Virus genome (UHGV): UHGV-0360526
DNA from: a virus
Strand: one strand, 5' to 3'
Length of the DNA: 43,707 nt
Shown: piece by piece, positions 1-9,220 of the stretch
Layout of the letters: every line of letters begins with the position of its first letter
Numbering within the stretch: the first letter of the stretch is position 1
Notes under the pieces: model-generated
Told to the model about the DNA's origin: nothing
Seen by the model: only the letters and a program-made list of their open reading frames with translations
Databases searched by the model: none
Translations under genes and position numbers: made by a program

Positions 1-648
1 GTAATTGAAGAAACTGTAAAGAACGAGACTAAAGTTAACGAAGCACAACCGCCTGTGAAAGTTGAGCTTTTACCCTGCGTTAATGAAATACTCGGGGTGA
101 AATTCTTAACTTTTAGCCCGTATACTGACCTGGTTTTCGAACTTTATCAAGACCAGCCTTTCAACTTATTCACACTTGTCTGCACTTATAATGGTGATGT
201 TTTGGCGGTTGCACCTGGTCTCAATAGAGACAAATTACTTACAGGCACGGTTATTACTGAAATTCTTCTGCGGTTAATGCATAAGTTTGAAGGGCCTGAA
301 CTTGACAAAATCGCTGTTAAGTTAGCTGACTTACTAATCACTGCCGCCACCTGGTTGTGTTTTAACCCTTCTATCTATTTCCATTTCAGTACAAATATTC
401 TTCACGCCGTAACAGACGACGGTAAAAAGTATCGCATCTTAATTAAGGGTGGGGTGCAACAACCTTTGTTCTCTAGACAAAACTGCCATATTAAGTTTTC
501 GCCTGACTTGGTAGAAGTTTACGGTCAGCGAGTAGCGGCTGGCCACTACGACGCCCATCTCAGATTTTTCAATTACCTGTATGAAAAATTAGGGAAAGCT
601 GGCTTGACACCCAATCTTGCTTTTACAAACTCTGCCCCTTCTGCATGA
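1..648 (+). CDS. hypothetical protein, probably 5'-truncated at window edge
   Basis: Frame is open from base 1 to the stop at 646-648; listed ORF starts at GTG 55 but upstream codons are in-frame with no stop; followed by terminator hairpin. Confidence 0.5.
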   Translation, partial: VIEETVKNETKVNEAQPPVKVELLPCVNEILGVKFLTFSPYTDLVFELYQDQPFNLFTLVCTYNGDVLAVAPGLNRDKLLTGTVITEILLRLMHKFEGPELDKIAVKLADLLITAATWLCFNPSIYFHFSTNILHAVTDDGKKYRILIKGGVQQPLFSRQNCHIKFSPDLVEVYGQRVAAGHYDAHLRFFNYLYEKLGKAGLTPNLAFTNSAPSA

Positions 649-660
649 TGTTTAATAATT

Positions 661-692
661 GGGGAACTTCGGTTCCCCTTTCTTTTTTGTTT
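661..692 (+). terminator. rho-independent terminator
   Basis: Inverted repeat ggggaac-ttcg-gttcccc followed by T-rich run tttcttttttgttttt. Confidence 0.7.
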
Positions 693-742
693 TTACAACT
701 TTAGCGTATTGTTTTGAGACGACCTTTTAAGGAGTAATTAAC

Positions 743-1741
743 ATGGCTTTTATGAAGATTATAAAACATACCGCCACGGATTTAACAGTAGGTCGGTTAG
801 CACGTAGAGATATTCGCAACCCTCAACTTCAGGCATGTTTATCGGGCCCTAACGGCGCGGTGATTCGTGAGGCGTTGTGCAATAGTGAACTGAATACGTT
901 CTCTTTACAAAAAGGAAAAACAATCCAAGGGTTTATCATCACAAAACACATTTACGGCGACCCAACGTTACACTGCTTGTATATGCATGAAATTGTACCG
1001 GGTTGTTTGAACAAACTGAACCTGCTACTGGTACTCGACTATACCGGTTTTACGTATCTTAATCGAATCGCCAGTGGTGTAGAAGAAATCGCTGAGCTTA
1101 ATGACTTAGGATTTAGACACACCCACACTACGTATCGTTTAGGTACACGCTCGTTATTGGATATCGCTCTACCAACAAACGTGAAGAACATTTCCGGCGA
1201 TTTTTATAAAGAGCTAACCGCTGCACAACGTGAACAGCTTATGTTGCTTTTGGGTACGAGTGTCGTTGAAAACATCAACGCTGACCCTGTGAGTCGCTCA
1301 CGTCAAATCATGCCACAAGTCGAAACGTTGGTGGAGTTAGTACGTCATGTCAACCACCACACCTACGTTTGGATGGACGGCAACGATGTTGTGGGCGCGG
1401 TGCAAGTTAAATTGCGTAATCTTAACGAATGTGAATTAAAAGCCATTGCGGTAAGTGAGACACATCGGGGTCGTGGTATCGGACGGACTTTATTGTATCG
1501 TGCTCTACAAATTGCATCGACAACAGCGGCACCATTAGAGATAGGGTGTTTCAATAACAACCCTGCATTCAGGCACCTGGCCGTCGAATTATTTAAATTT
1601 CGCCCCTACGAATACGAACTTGTTTTAGTGCGTGACGAAAACGTCGTCAGTTGGGAGCGTCAGAAAAATCATGTCAGATTGGTGTTAGTCGACGAAGTGT
1701 CATCGTTACAAGGCGGATATAATGCGGAAACCGATAATTAA
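743..1741 (+). CDS. GNAT-family N-acetyltransferase-like protein
   Basis: 332-aa ORF; C-terminal segment AIAVSETHRGRGIGRTLLYRALQIA matches the GNAT acetyl-CoA binding motif (R/Q-x-x-G-x-G/A); RBS aaggag upstream. Confidence 0.45.
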   Translation: MAFMKIIKHTATDLTVGRLARRDIRNPQLQACLSGPNGAVIREALCNSELNTFSLQKGKTIQGFIITKHIYGDPTLHCLYMHEIVPGCLNKLNLLLVLDYTGFTYLNRIASGVEEIAELNDLGFRHTHTTYRLGTRSLLDIALPTNVKNISGDFYKELTAAQREQLMLLLGTSVVENINADPVSRSRQIMPQVETLVELVRHVNHHTYVWMDGNDVVGAVQVKLRNLNECELKAIAVSETHRGRGIGRTLLYRALQIASTTAAPLEIGCFNNNPAFRHLAVELFKFRPYEYELVLVRDENVVSWERQKNHVRLVLVDEVSSLQGGYNAETDN

Positions 1742-2537
1742 ATGGATGGGTGGGAAAACCCGCGTTTTGGGTGAATTACAAAAGGTCTTACCTAAACGTA
1801 CAACCTTTGTAGAACCGTTTGTGGGCGCAGGGTCTGTTTTCCTAAATACGAATTACAGCCGGTATATTCTATCGGATTCTAACCCCGATTTGATACGCTT
1901 ACTTTGTGTTGCGCGTGAACAGCCTGAAGAACTGATCGCTGCATCGCAACCGTTGTTCTTAGACGGTAATACCACTGTAAAGTATATGGAACGTCGTGAA
2001 CTGTTTAATAGCGGTAAATCGATGTCCGAAGTTGAACGTGCTGCAATGTTTTTATACTTAATGCGTCACGGTTATAACGGTATGTGTCGCTATAACAGTA
2101 GCGGTGGGTTCAATGTTCCGTTTGGACGTTACCCGAATGGGGTTTATTATCCATTAGAAGAAATTCGGGATTGGGCTAAACGTTGCGCAGAAGTTGATTA
2201 TCTGGAAATTGTTTGTGAGGACTTTCGTTCTGTATTAGCACGGACACCTGAGGATGCTGTGATTTATGCTGATCCTCCGTATATTCCGTTATCGGATACC
2301 GCGAAACACGCGCAATACCACCGTAAAGAATTCTCACAAACGGATCATCGTGAATTAGCCAAGTTACTACAGCAGCAGGTGGAACGTGGCAACAGCGTCG
2401 TGCTGTCAAATGCAGACACCCTACTCACCCGCGAAATTTATTACGGTTTTGAGTGGCGCAGTATTGAGGTCGGTCGCTATATGGGTGCGTCTGGGGCCGC
2501 CCGGAAAACGGTGACTGAATTACTGGGAGTGCTCTAA
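1722..2537 (+). CDS. dam: DNA adenine methyltransferase (Dam-like, N6-adenine MTase)
   Basis: N-terminal KWMGGK (Dam KWAGGK-like), SAM-binding FVGAGSV (FxGxG) and catalytic DPPY motifs in a 271-aa protein. Confidence 0.88.
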   Translation: MRKPIIKWMGGKTRVLGELQKVLPKRTTFVEPFVGAGSVFLNTNYSRYILSDSNPDLIRLLCVAREQPEELIAASQPLFLDGNTTVKYMERRELFNSGKSMSEVERAAMFLYLMRHGYNGMCRYNSSGGFNVPFGRYPNGVYYPLEEIRDWAKRCAEVDYLEIVCEDFRSVLARTPEDAVIYADPPYIPLSDTAKHAQYHRKEFSQTDHRELAKLLQQQVERGNSVVLSNADTLLTREIYYGFEWRSIEVGRYMGASGAARKTVTELLGVL

Positions 2538-3310
2538 TGCGCATAGTGGATATCCACGATTATCGTAATGACCATTTAGCAATTGGTGTGGACGGGAAAA
2601 TGGTTTCACTAACCCGTGTACGGAAAGGGTTACTGGAAAAGGACGTCATTCGCGAATCTGAAGATCCGACCTTTATCATTCTTTCGAACACGAATCAGCT
2701 GCAAGGAATCTTCTCCGGCCGCACTGACGGTAAGATTTTCTACATGTCAGCAATCGTTGTGTTTGCGAAGAAGAACATCAATTTCGCACAACTCAAACGG
2801 TTGTTAAATGTGGAGGTGTTTGATATCACCTACCCTGCCAACGACCTAAAACGTCGCGATCAGTTAATGGCGTTCTTGAGTATGCAACCGACGTCTATCG
2901 ACTATGACCTGACGTTTACTGAAGAACCCGAAGTTCCCACCGATTTACCTGATGTAGTTGACATTGAATCTCTAACGTTAGAAGAAACGTTTACGATTCC
3001 TAAGGTGGCTAATGTCAGTTTGGATACGTACTCCCTGGGATTGTTAGCTATTGGGGCTGCCGAAGGGCTGTGCTGTCGTAAAGACGGTAAAGTTGAAGGT
3101 ATCTTAGTCTATTCGAAAATCAACGAAAAGACGTTTGCAACCGAAGGTTTCTTCTATAACGACCGTACTTACGGGAATGCGCTCTTGACCGCATACTGCC
3201 GTATTGCGTATTTAAAGGGTGCAACCGTGCGTCTTACTTTTCCATACTCAGCACCTCCAGCAATGTCTGGTGTTGAAGTAGAAGCATTAACTGGCCATTT
3301 TATCTTTTAA
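2537..3310 (+). CDS. hypothetical protein
   Basis: 257-aa ORF; start ATG overlaps upstream stop (TAATG); no recognisable motif. Confidence 0.55.
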   Translation: MRIVDIHDYRNDHLAIGVDGKMVSLTRVRKGLLEKDVIRESEDPTFIILSNTNQLQGIFSGRTDGKIFYMSAIVVFAKKNINFAQLKRLLNVEVFDITYPANDLKRRDQLMAFLSMQPTSIDYDLTFTEEPEVPTDLPDVVDIESLTLEETFTIPKVANVSLDTYSLGLLAIGAAEGLCCRKDGKVEGILVYSKINEKTFATEGFFYNDRTYGNALLTAYCRIAYLKGATVRLTFPYSAPPAMSGVEVEALTGHFIF

Positions 3311-3319
3311 GGACATTGA

Positions 3320-3547
3320 ATGGAAATCAAACGTATTGTAACCAAAGACAAAAAGATTACTTATGTCGCAGGCGATAACGAATTCTCGGCGGTTATTAAT
3401 GATGAGAACGTGCTGATTATCGGTTATCCAGGTAAAGTCATTACTCGCAGTCATCAACGCGTGATTGACAAACTCATCGCCAAAGCGAAAGCACGTGACG
3501 GTGTTGGGTCAGTAGAAACCCATACCGGGTTGACGTTGGCACTCTAA
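3320..3547 (+). CDS. hypothetical small protein
   Basis: 75-aa ORF directly downstream of previous gene. Confidence 0.45.
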   Translation: MEIKRIVTKDKKITYVAGDNEFSAVINDENVLIIGYPGKVITRSHQRVIDKLIAKAKARDGVGSVETHTGLTLAL

Positions 3548-3585
3548 CCAGCAGGTAATATGACCTCTTAACTGGAGACTTAGAG

Positions 3586-4092
3586 ATGAAAGAGACTCTG
3601 GATTTTAATCAGCTGGAGCAGCACGATTTTGATCTCGGTGTTCGCGACTTAGAAGCTGACTACGAAACACGTTGTAAAGAATTCTTTAATCGCTACGGGC
3701 AACTGATTACCGGGGCATCTGAAGACACCGAATTCTCGTTAGACGATTTCGAAAAGATTCTGTCTTGCTTTATCACCGACAGCTTAGCGAAACAGGCGTT
3801 GCTGGTAGAACAGAACCTGCAAATGGTAGAGCCTACGGATGCTCACGCTGTGCTAAAAGAATCCATTATTCCGAACGACGAGATTATGGATGCGGTAGCA
3901 GGTATTCGCGGTACGTTCGACACAGCTGTGGAAGACTATACCGAACAGCTTCGTGAGTCTGGGCTAACGTTGTGTGCACCTGCGGGCGAACAGCTACCTT
4001 CTGAAGAAGAAACGGAAGAAGCACGCAGTCGCTTAGCACGTTATGTGATTACTTCTATTTTAGTAGACGATCGCGAAGAAAACGTACTGTAA
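3586..4092 (+). CDS. hypothetical acidic protein
   Basis: 168-aa ORF with RBS ggagac upstream; followed by terminator. Confidence 0.55.
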   Translation: MKETLDFNQLEQHDFDLGVRDLEADYETRCKEFFNRYGQLITGASEDTEFSLDDFEKILSCFITDSLAKQALLVEQNLQMVEPTDAHAVLKESIIPNDEIMDAVAGIRGTFDTAVEDYTEQLRESGLTLCAPAGEQLPSEEETEEARSRLARYVITSILVDDREENVL

Positions 4093-4097
4093 ACTTA

Positions 4098-4135
4098 CCC
4101 TCTCTCCGTTTGGAGAGAGGGAGTATTTATTTTTA
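4098..4135 (+). terminator. rho-independent terminator
   Basis: Stem ccctctctcc-gttt-ggagagaggg followed by tatttatttttacg. Confidence 0.75.
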
Positions 4136-4190
4136 CGCTTTCGTGTCTAATTATGCACACGTAAACAAAATTAATTGAGGAACAGCTTAA

Positions 4191-4526
4191 ATGTGGTTAA
4201 GTGCGATTCACCGTGATTTACCAAAACAAGAAATGGTATTTACTGTTGGCGAGCCAGCAACTGTAGTGGGTGTTGCTAAGTTCGAAAGGGTAGAAGAAGG
4301 CCAATTCGTCGTAGTGGACGACAACGAAAATGAATTCATGTTGTTCCACCCTGAGGTCGATACCTCTGAAATTTGTGAGGGTTCTCTTTTGTTGTCCTGG
4401 CAAGATCCTGAAACCGGCGCATGGAAGTGGCGTGTCGCTAAACCGACGCTTGAAACAGAATCTGCATACGTGACTGAACACGTATACGTGTTTGGGGAAA
4501 CTTATGTCGAACCAAAACCACACTAA
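4191..4526 (+). CDS. hypothetical protein
   Basis: 111-aa ORF; RBS gaggaa upstream of ATG. Confidence 0.5.
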   Translation: MWLSAIHRDLPKQEMVFTVGEPATVVGVAKFERVEEGQFVVVDDNENEFMLFHPEVDTSEICEGSLLLSWQDPETGAWKWRVAKPTLETESAYVTEHVYVFGETYVEPKPH

Positions 4527-4812
4527 TACCGACGAAACGAATTTACAGCGCTTGCAACGGGCACTAACTGCACCGCTAGGTGGCGAGATTCACGAACGTT
4601 GGATAATTGCGAGGGTGGTAGAAATTGACTATTCTCAGGATCAGTTACTGTTAAACAACTGCTCGTCGAACGTACCTTTCACGCTACCACGCGCCGTATT
4701 CCGTCTTACGCCCAACGTTGATGAAATACTGACTATTGACAGGAAACTTCTATCGATAGAGCTTCAGCATTTCCCGCTACCTGGTAAGTCGGTTAATATT
4801 GCGCTGTCCTAA
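4504..4812 (+). CDS. hypothetical protein (start uncertain, 4492 or 4504)
   Basis: ORF 4492-4812 overlaps upstream gene; internal ATG at 4504 reduces overlap. Confidence 0.4.
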   Translation: MSNQNHTNTDETNLQRLQRALTAPLGGEIHERWIIARVVEIDYSQDQLLLNNCSSNVPFTLPRAVFRLTPNVDEILTIDRKLLSIELQHFPLPGKSVNIALS

Positions 4813-4831
4813 TGACAGTCTAAAAAACTTA

Positions 4832-4862
4832 AGATATATTTCATCTATGTGAGAATTCTCAC
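4832..4862 (+). promoter_or_regulatory. conserved promoter-like motif (AGATATAT..TT.C.TA.G) plus 5' hairpin, copy 1
   Basis: aagatatatttcatctatg followed by hairpin gtgagaattctcac, 24 nt before ATG 4886; same motif and hairpin arrangement recur at 18688 and 23073. Confidence 0.45.
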
Positions 4863-4885
4863 TTAACTAAATGGAGTAATCTAAA

Positions 4886-5155
4886 ATGGGTAAGATTTAT
4901 ATTGTTGAGAAACGTGCGGGTAATGTTCTTTCCTATTACGAAGAAGGTAAACCTGAGAAAATTAAAACACTCAAACTCGACGGATTTGATGTGAAGAGTT
5001 TACGCAAGGGTGTGAAGATTACCTTTAAAGGTCTGACTCGCGTAAGTAACTTACACATTGTTAAGGCCGATGGTACGATGGTTGCGTTAGCACCTGTCAG
5101 TGCTGCGAAAACGACAGCAGGTCGTGGATGCTACGGTAGCAGTCGTAAGATTTAA
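4886..5155 (+). CDS. hypothetical small basic protein (monocistronic unit)
   Basis: 89-aa ORF bracketed by promoter-like motif upstream and terminator downstream. Confidence 0.6.
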   Translation: MGKIYIVEKRAGNVLSYYEEGKPEKIKTLKLDGFDVKSLRKGVKITFKGLTRVSNLHIVKADGTMVALAPVSAAKTTAGRGCYGSSRKI

Positions 5156-5161
5156 GCAGTG

Positions 5162-5200
5162 CCCCTCTCTCCGTTAGGAGAGAGGGTACTTTTATTTTTC
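5162..5200 (+). terminator. rho-independent terminator
   Basis: Stem cccctctctcc-gtta-ggagagaggg followed by tacttttatttttc; stem nearly identical to terminator at 4098. Confidence 0.75.
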
Positions 5201-5210
5201 TTCGAGGTGT

Positions 5211-5702
5211 GTGATGACAACGGTATTGGTAACAAAGGATTACATTTTAGCTGACCGACTTGTGGATTATGCTGGTACGGTTAAAGAATTGCCCAAACTG
5301 CATAAACACAAAAACAAGTTTGTTTTCTACACGGGCGAACGTGTACTGGACACCGAGTTTTGGAAAATGTCGATTACCGCTGCTATAGAAGAATATTTAG
5401 ACGAGGATAAACGTAAGAAGGTTGAGCCCTTGCTTGCGGATCTTATCGAAAAAGAGCGAATATACGATCAAATCGTCATTTTTACGGCTAGAGAAACACA
5501 TTGGCTGACGTTAGTAGCAGATAAGTTTAAAACGTTTGTAATAAATAAAAATGCGGTTTGGACAACGGGTTCTGGCGGAGGATTTGCGCGGGCCGCATGG
5601 GCAACTGGAATATCAGAAAAGAAAATTATGCCATTGGTAGGTTCTATTGATCCATCTAGCTCGACCACCTATGACTTGTTTTACAGGAAGCACTTACGAT
5701 GA
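5211..5702 (+). CDS. hypothetical protein
   Basis: 163-aa ORF; stop overlaps next start (ATGA). Confidence 0.55.
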   Translation: MMTTVLVTKDYILADRLVDYAGTVKELPKLHKHKNKFVFYTGERVLDTEFWKMSITAAIEEYLDEDKRKKVEPLLADLIEKERIYDQIVIFTARETHWLTLVADKFKTFVINKNAVWTTGSGGGFARAAWATGISEKKIMPLVGSIDPSSSTTYDLFYRKHLR

Positions 5703-6220
5703 AGATAAACGCTGTCTTAATTGGCGATGAAATATTCGTTAATACAAAAACACAATATTTGTATTACGAAGGTATTACTGTAATAGACGATTATTACGGT
5801 AAGTACGGTTGGTGGATTCCGTCCCCTAACTCCTTACGATTAGAAGATGCATTAACCGCCGAAAAGAACAAATTGGATAGCGATTGGACTTATATCAGTT
5901 CCGTAATTGACGTCAGCGGTCGAATTAAAGACGTCTATTGGGCTAAAGAGTCAGGGTGGCGTATTACGCTACACCAACCAACACCAGTAAGATTGTTGTA
6001 CGACCACTCGGACAGTTCAGAATTAGCGTTTACCATTGAGACGCTCTCGGTACGTAAGGATCTAGACAACGTAGGAAAAGGGAAGTGGTCTATTGAGCGC
6101 ATTGAGGAGATTCTCAGCCACTTTAAAGCTAACAACCAATTTAAACGTTGGTGCACGTTACCTGAGTTAGTAGAGGAGTTGAAAAAGCGGGATTGCAAAC
6201 CGCTGCCTTTTAACCCGTAG
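5699..6220 (+). CDS. hypothetical protein
   Basis: 173-aa ORF translationally coupled to upstream gene. Confidence 0.55.
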   Translation: MKINAVLIGDEIFVNTKTQYLYYEGITVIDDYYGKYGWWIPSPNSLRLEDALTAEKNKLDSDWTYISSVIDVSGRIKDVYWAKESGWRITLHQPTPVRLLYDHSDSSELAFTIETLSVRKDLDNVGKGKWSIERIEEILSHFKANNQFKRWCTLPELVEELKKRDCKPLPFNP

Positions 6221-6266
6221 TCTTTTTTACAACTGCGGCTATTTTAATGATTAGGAGAATATAGAG

Positions 6267-6662
6267 ATGACCGCAATAATAGGTATAATGTCAAGAAAAG
6301 CTGATGTCATTAAGACATTTATCGACCAATATAACAACTCACCGTATACGCGTCTTAGATTGCGTAAACCCCAGAATAGCACCGAATGGGTTCGCTGGTT
6401 TAATATTTGGGATAAAACAATAAGTAAAATCAATCCGTTATTCAGAATTAGGATTGAGCCTGCTTATTGGATTGTAATGGAAATATCGCTATTACGTATT
6501 CTCGAAAAACGTCCTATAGACGTAAAGACGATGTTTGGAATAGATACGTATAAAATGTTGAACAATGGTTTTGTGGGTAATGGGGAACACACGTTGTATC
6601 AAGCGATGCTGGAAATGTGTTTGTTCGATTTAGTTACTTACGAATTGGGGATTTCAAAATGA
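6267..6662 (+). CDS. hypothetical protein
   Basis: 131-aa ORF; RBS aggaga upstream. Confidence 0.5.
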   Translation: MTAIIGIMSRKADVIKTFIDQYNNSPYTRLRLRKPQNSTEWVRWFNIWDKTISKINPLFRIRIEPAYWIVMEISLLRILEKRPIDVKTMFGIDTYKMLNNGFVGNGEHTLYQAMLEMCLFDLVTYELGISK

Positions 6663-7123
6663 ATTACTTCGAATCTAAAGAAATTGTTGAGTTGTTTAAA
6701 CAGCGTGAGAAAACTGCTTTCCGTGACTTGTACGATTCTGATTATCGCCCACTGTTTGCGGTATTAATGCGACTGGATAAAGAACCCGAAGTCGCGTTAG
6801 CAGAGGTACAGCACCACCACGTCAGTTTCGTATTAACCGAAAACATGAGCCGGTGGGTAGACGGTATGCTGATCCGTATTGGGCTCTTGGAAACGCCGCA
6901 CCGTTGGGAAGTGGTTATTCAGAAATCACTGTTCCCACGGGAAGACATTTTCAACAAATATCGTCCGAAACAGTATTACAATCACGACGGGTCACCAAAA
7001 CGTCCTTTCCTGGCACCCCAACATTTTGTAACCTACGTAACGCTACGTTATAAAGACACCGTGGTGCCGTTTGACACCTATCTGGAAATGCGCGAGATAA
7101 TTTTAGGGAAGAATCCGTCATGA
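6659..7123 (+). CDS. hypothetical protein (start chosen at ATG overlapping upstream stop)
   Basis: ORF 6617-7123; ATG at 6659 forms ATGA overlap with stop of previous gene and has RBS gggga. Confidence 0.5.
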   Translation: MNYFESKEIVELFKQREKTAFRDLYDSDYRPLFAVLMRLDKEPEVALAEVQHHHVSFVLTENMSRWVDGMLIRIGLLETPHRWEVVIQKSLFPREDIFNKYRPKQYYNHDGSPKRPFLAPQHFVTYVTLRYKDTVVPFDTYLEMREIILGKNPS

Positions 7124-7602
7124 TTCAATTTTCCGTTGACGCAGAAAGATTAGCGTCATTTAAAGAGCGTGCTCAGTTTGCAGTTAAAAACGGCTATATT
7201 GAAAAAGGTGTTCGTGACACCTGCAAGCTAATCAACGACCATCCGCACTTGGCGACAATGTGGAGTTGTGAAGGTCACGGTATGTATTCTAAGTCACCTG
7301 GAAATCTGCATATCGTTTTTGCAACGGACGCTATTGGAAGTCAGATTCCAATGCAGCTTATGACTGAACTTGCAAAATCGGATTTACCGAATTTCTGGAA
7401 TCTTAGTTTGTGTCGTCTTTATATACCAGATGCGTACACAGATTTGGTATATCTTGAACCTGACTATGGATTAAATACCGATGACACTTCTTACTGGTCT
7501 TGGAAAATCGGATACATGTGCTTGATTAATCGTCCCGCGTTAATTGAGACACGTCAAGCTCTTTATAAAGCATTTCACACCGTATTAGTTGAGAATAAAT
7601 AA
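7120..7602 (+). CDS. hypothetical protein
   Basis: 160-aa ORF; ATGA overlap with upstream gene. Confidence 0.55.
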   Translation: MIQFSVDAERLASFKERAQFAVKNGYIEKGVRDTCKLINDHPHLATMWSCEGHGMYSKSPGNLHIVFATDAIGSQIPMQLMTELAKSDLPNFWNLSLCRLYIPDAYTDLVYLEPDYGLNTDDTSYWSWKIGYMCLINRPALIETRQALYKAFHTVLVENK

Positions 7603-8294
7603 TGGCTACCAAACAAAAGAAACCGCGTAACAAAAAGTATAACCCAAAAGCAGCCGCTAACCGTACTGCACACACCATTGCTGAAAATGCGTTAAACCGC
7701 ATTACTTTCGTCGGTAGCTCTATTCGCCCTATCGGTCCGTACGCAGGCCGTGGCTTCCAGTTTACAACGTCACCGCGTATGCGCATGGCAGCTACCGATA
7801 TGTTAATCGGTGGTTTGTTTGACGAGCCACGTAACTGGAAGCTGTGGGTTGCGCATCTGTACGAAACGGATAATGGTGTACAGGCAGAAACCATCGTGGC
7901 AACACTTGACGACTACACGTTAAGCGATTTCTGCCAACATGGCGATAAAATCATCAAGTCGCTACGCGAGACGGAAGAAAACTACTTCGGTTACGCTTTC
8001 GTTGCTGCACCTAACGAACGTTATGATTTTGACCAGGGAGAAGAACGCTTACTGGAAAACTTCATGCATTCGGGTCTGTTAGACAAATCCTTACACTTAC
8101 CTGAAGAAGAACTGATGGTTACGCGTAAGGATATGGTAACGCTACTGTTAGCCGATCGTGGTCGTTTTGATATCACCGAACCGCATGTACGTAAAGTACA
8201 GAAACTTGTGGATAAGGTGGACGAAACTGACCTGGACACTAACGAAGTCGCAACACGTATTCAAACCGTAGTAAACCAGATTGAGGATTACTAA
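7602..8294 (+). CDS. hypothetical protein with basic N-terminus
   Basis: 230-aa ORF; TAATG overlap; N-terminus KQKKPRNKKYNPK is strongly basic. Confidence 0.55.
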   Translation: MATKQKKPRNKKYNPKAAANRTAHTIAENALNRITFVGSSIRPIGPYAGRGFQFTTSPRMRMAATDMLIGGLFDEPRNWKLWVAHLYETDNGVQAETIVATLDDYTLSDFCQHGDKIIKSLRETEENYFGYAFVAAPNERYDFDQGEERLLENFMHSGLLDKSLHLPEEELMVTRKDMVTLLLADRGRFDITEPHVRKVQKLVDKVDETDLDTNEVATRIQTVVNQIEDY

Positions 8295-8296
8295 AC

Positions 8297-8827
8297 GTGA
8301 TAGCACGACTTGTGAGTTGGTTTAAGCAATGTCGGGCAAAGGCGGTCGAATGGCCGCCTATTACGCATGACGAGAAAGTAGTTTCTTTTTTGGAATATAA
8401 TAAAGACTTGAAAAGATTAGGTGAGTTAATGCACTTAACGGAACGTCAGGTTTTTGCTAAGATTTCAAGTAGTGCTTTACGTAAACGAATAATTCCTCAC
8501 CTATCCTTTTCAGGGCAGGTTTTTGCAATAGCGACAGAGGAATTTTTATCGGTGGTGGGCAATATAACTCCACGTATACGGTACTCGGCTACGGGTACAT
8601 CTGATGCGGTCGGTACAGTTGATTTCGGACGGTTGTATCAGAGCATTAAAAGTACGGGCCATATACATGTTAAACGGGTATCAGAAACTTCTGTGGTGAT
8701 TTATCATCGTACTGAGCATGATTTGTTAGGCCGAGTTATAACGCTAACAAATTTACGCAGTTTTTATGTTGACTTACTTACGGAGTTTTATCCAGAACCT
8801 TGGTGCTTTTTAAATGCGAATAAATGA
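8297..8827 (+). CDS. hypothetical protein (GTG start)
   Basis: 176-aa ORF beginning at GTG immediately after upstream stop. Confidence 0.4.
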   Translation: MIARLVSWFKQCRAKAVEWPPITHDEKVVSFLEYNKDLKRLGELMHLTERQVFAKISSSALRKRIIPHLSFSGQVFAIATEEFLSVVGNITPRIRYSATGTSDAVGTVDFGRLYQSIKSTGHIHVKRVSETSVVIYHRTEHDLLGRVITLTNLRSFYVDLLTEFYPEPWCFLNANK

Positions 8828-9026
8828 CGGATATATCATCTCAGCAATTGTTTCAACTACACTGATTGTAGCGATGTTGATGTTCTACGTTAAGACGTCT
8901 GACGAATCACGTAGAGACTCCCTTTATCGTGAATGTATGTCAGGCACTACTGTAGATAATCCACGTTACGCTGAATTAGTAATGGCGTGTACGGAATACG
9001 CTAATCGAATGGGAGGAGGGAAATGA
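8814..9026 (+). CDS. small membrane protein (one predicted TM helix)
   Basis: 70-aa ORF with hydrophobic stretch IISAIVSTTLIVAMLMFYV. Confidence 0.4.
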   Translation: MRINDGYIISAIVSTTLIVAMLMFYVKTSDESRRDSLYRECMSGTTVDNPRYAELVMACTEYANRMGGGK

Positions 9027-9220
9027 AAATTTGGTTACCGATTCTAGTATTTATCCTTATCGCAGGGGCACTCGCAAGTGCTGAGTTAGATAGCCGTACT
9101 TTAGAAACGAAACGTGAGTTGTATCAGGACTGTATAAAGGATTATACTCCAGGTACAGAGCTTCATGCACAAGCTGTAAGAAGTTGTGCGCTGATGGCTG
9201 AAACGCAGACTCGTTCCTAA
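9023..9220 (+). CDS. small membrane or secreted protein
   Basis: 65-aa ORF with N-terminal hydrophobic segment KIWLPILVFILIAGALASA; ATGA overlap with upstream gene. Confidence 0.45.
   Translation: MKIWLPILVFILIAGALASAELDSRTLETKRELYQDCIKDYTPGTELHAQAVRSCALMAETQTRS

Noticed and set aside
1363-2409. Short antisense ORFs 1363-1560 and 2176-2409
   Set aside because: Embedded in well-supported plus-strand genes (GNAT-like, Dam) with no RBS.
8814-9220. Calling the two small membrane proteins holin/antiholin
   Set aside because: They are ~18 kb away from the muramidase and peptidase genes and have only one hydrophobic segment each; insufficient evidence.
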